Shown piece by piece: positions 62,377-64,000 of a stretch of 64,000 bases of DNA (the first letter of the stretch is position 1; each line of letters opens with the position of its first letter). The DNA lies in IMG/VR virus record IMGVR_UViG_3300037245_002365; one strand, written 5' to 3'. The DNA comes from a virus. Lineage: Duplodnaviria > Heunggongvirae > Uroviricota > Caudoviricetes. The notes under the pieces were generated by a model, which did not search any database, was not told the origin of the DNA, and was given only the letters and a program-made list of their open reading frames with translations. A program made the translations under genes and the position numbers.

Positions 62377-63482
62377 TAAATAATTTCTCCAAAATCTTGA
62401 GTGAATTGTCTATACCATATTGTTAAAGTCCCATTAATAGTGCAGTCATTGTTCGGGCTGCTAACAGCCGGGTCCCAAACGTCTACACCCAAACTAAGAT
62501 TACCATGATTGGTAATAACTGAGAAGTCTAGTGGAAAGCTATAAGTTGATATAGTATTCACAGATAAAATATCATAAAAATCGTCTTTACCTTCTGAAGT
62601 ATTTTGGAATACTCTTATTTTACCAGTATCCCCCACAGCGGTGCCCTCTATAGTAGCAGCAACAAATTCAGCTTCTACACCTTGTATAGATAAGGGTAAT
62701 ACGTTGTCTACATACACCATTCTTCCAATCGGACCAGTATTTATTGTAGCCACTGTAGCCAATTGCGGACTGGACCCTGCTACCAAGTGAAGTATAACTT
62801 TTGATCCAGCTTCGTAAGCGGAAGAAATTAAAAATTCACTCCCATTACTGTCTTCAAGATAAAACGGATAAGGAGAGTTATTGACTGCTCCTACTAACGC
62901 TAAGTTATTAATGTCATCATTAGCTAAACTACCATTAGAGGGCGAAAATATATCATCATTCCCACCAAAATCATACCAATCTGTTATGCGCCCAGTTGTT
63001 GTTGATGCTATTAAGTCACCAGTACTTTTAAACGTTTTCTTAACTACTGGAATAATCAATGATGTATCTGTCGGTTTAATGCCACCACCACCTGAACTTG
63101 GTACTAGATCTGTGATTGCTGTACCTACAACTTGTTGATTTTGTATTGGTCTAACTCCTATAATATATGACCTACTCCTATTAGAACTGAAGTTAATAAT
63201 ACGTTGTAATTGTTGTAGAGTTCCAGTTGAATCTTGGTCATTCCAATCTAGAGCGGCTGCAGTAGTCCAACCAAACTCAAATTTATGTGCATGGTTTGAA
63301 GCATCAGCACCAACTTCCCATCCTGTTACTCTCGCATCCCAACCGAACTCAGTTGCTCCCACTGTAATTGCAGCCCCAGTGGCATCTATATCTGGTAATA
63401 CATTATAATATGGACTTTGGTAGTCAGTTTCTACTTGTGCTCCAGCGCCATCCGGATCATATGAACCCGCTTCCATTACCAC
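62376..63482 (-). CDS. Putative structural protein (FnIII-like N-terminus)
   Basis: 368 aa, acidic, beta-rich; structural gene context. Confidence 0.5.
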   Translation of the reverse strand: MVMEAGSYDPDGAGAQVETDYQSPYYNVLPDIDATGAAITVGATEFGWDARVTGWEVGADASNHAHKFEFGWTTAAALDWNDQDSTGTLQQLQRIINFSSNRSRSYIIGVRPIQNQQVVGTAITDLVPSSGGGGIKPTDTSLIIPVVKKTFKSTGDLIASTTTGRITDWYDFGGNDDIFSPSNGSLANDDINNLALVGAVNNSPYPFYLEDSNGSEFLISSAYEAGSKVILHLVAGSSPQLATVATINTGPIGRMVYVDNVLPLSIQGVEAEFVAATIEGTAVGDTGKIRVFQNTSEGKDDFYDILSVNTISTYSFPLDFSVITNHGNLSLGVDVWDPAVSSPNNDCTINGTLTIWYRQFTQDFGEII

Positions 63483-64000
63483 AAAAGCAGAGTAATTAGT
63501 ACCTAAAACAGTTTGTAGACTTAGCTCCCATGTACTCTCTAAAGGAAGATCTACAGTATATTTTTGTGTTGAGTTATAAGTATAGTCTAAAACACTAAAT
63601 CTAGCTTTGTCTAGTTGTAATGCAGAGTCTTCAAAAGGAACGCTCTTAAATGTAAAACCACTCCCATTAGTTCTTACTTCTGCAGGATCTATTCCATCAG
63701 GATCTTCTCCGGCAGAAATTCCAGTAATTTCAAGTGTTGTTGCGCCACCACCAGTTGTTGCTGTATTGCTTATAATGGTATATTTATTATCTGCTGTAAC
63801 AAAGTTAGGACAATAAAGGTCATAACCAGCTAATTCATCTTCGGCTACATCTAATCCATCTTCCCCGGTAACTACATCATGAATTAGTAGTGTGTCTGTT
63901 CCTGAAGTTCCTATCAGTCCAACCCAATTCCATTTTAGTTCCAGTTCAGAAAGTTTTACATTATGATCTTTATCGTATGGATTATTATCAGATATTCTGA
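63476..64000 (-). CDS. 3' end of a structural gene starting beyond the window
   Basis: Minus frame appears open from window end to stop near 63476; not checked codon by codon. Confidence 0.45.

Noticed and set aside
1248-63816. Numerous short antisense or alternative-frame ORFs in the track (e.g. 1415..1648, 5973..6311, 10237..10467, 23130..23618, 28963..29322, 42706..43014)
   Set aside because: They overlap well-supported genes or RNA genes, lack RBS and motifs, and are treated as shadow ORFs.
1-64000. Stop-codon recoding or suppressor tRNAs
   Set aside because: Long genes (2022, 995, 883 aa) are intact in the standard code, TAG/TGA end normal genes and no CUA/UCA anticodon was found.
1-64000. 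CRISPR array
   Set aside because: No regularly spaced 25-45 bp direct repeats were seen; the GGCGAAAGCC repeats are separated by whole genes.

Overview
AT-rich segment of what is most likely a large (jumbo-type) tailed phage genome; host not identifiable from the sequence. 1-36.8 kb (+ strand) is an accessory/host-takeover region. It holds 13 tRNA genes (one split by an HNH-bearing group I intron, two tRNA-Leu with related ~55-nt anticodon-loop inserts), a tmRNA and several unexplained tRNA-like or rod-shaped RNAs. Its proteins include NAD salvage enzymes (PncB, NadE, NadM-Nudix, PnuC-like), RNA repair enzymes (Rnl2, PNKP), a PspA plus K+ channel module, DNA ligase, ClpP-like, RlmN-like, Hsp20, DHFR-like and free-standing HNH genes. 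36.9-46.8 kb (- strand) has PhoH, an HNH, an SF2 helicase and a single-chain beta/beta' RNA polymerase. 47-52 kb (+ strand) has a retron-type reverse transcriptase operon. It is followed by a ~980-nt non-coding element bounded by a perfect 12-bp inverted repeat and packed with many different palindromic restriction-type sites, then a GT-B glycosyltransferase. 52-64 kb (- strand) is a probable virion module (intein-containing portal-like gene, tail-like genes) with a mitochondrial-carrier-like repeat protein. Best candidate for a new system: the retron-type RT plus the giant polylinker-like element, possibly producing a restriction-site decoy DNA. All family assignments are from motif recognition by eye; no searches were run.
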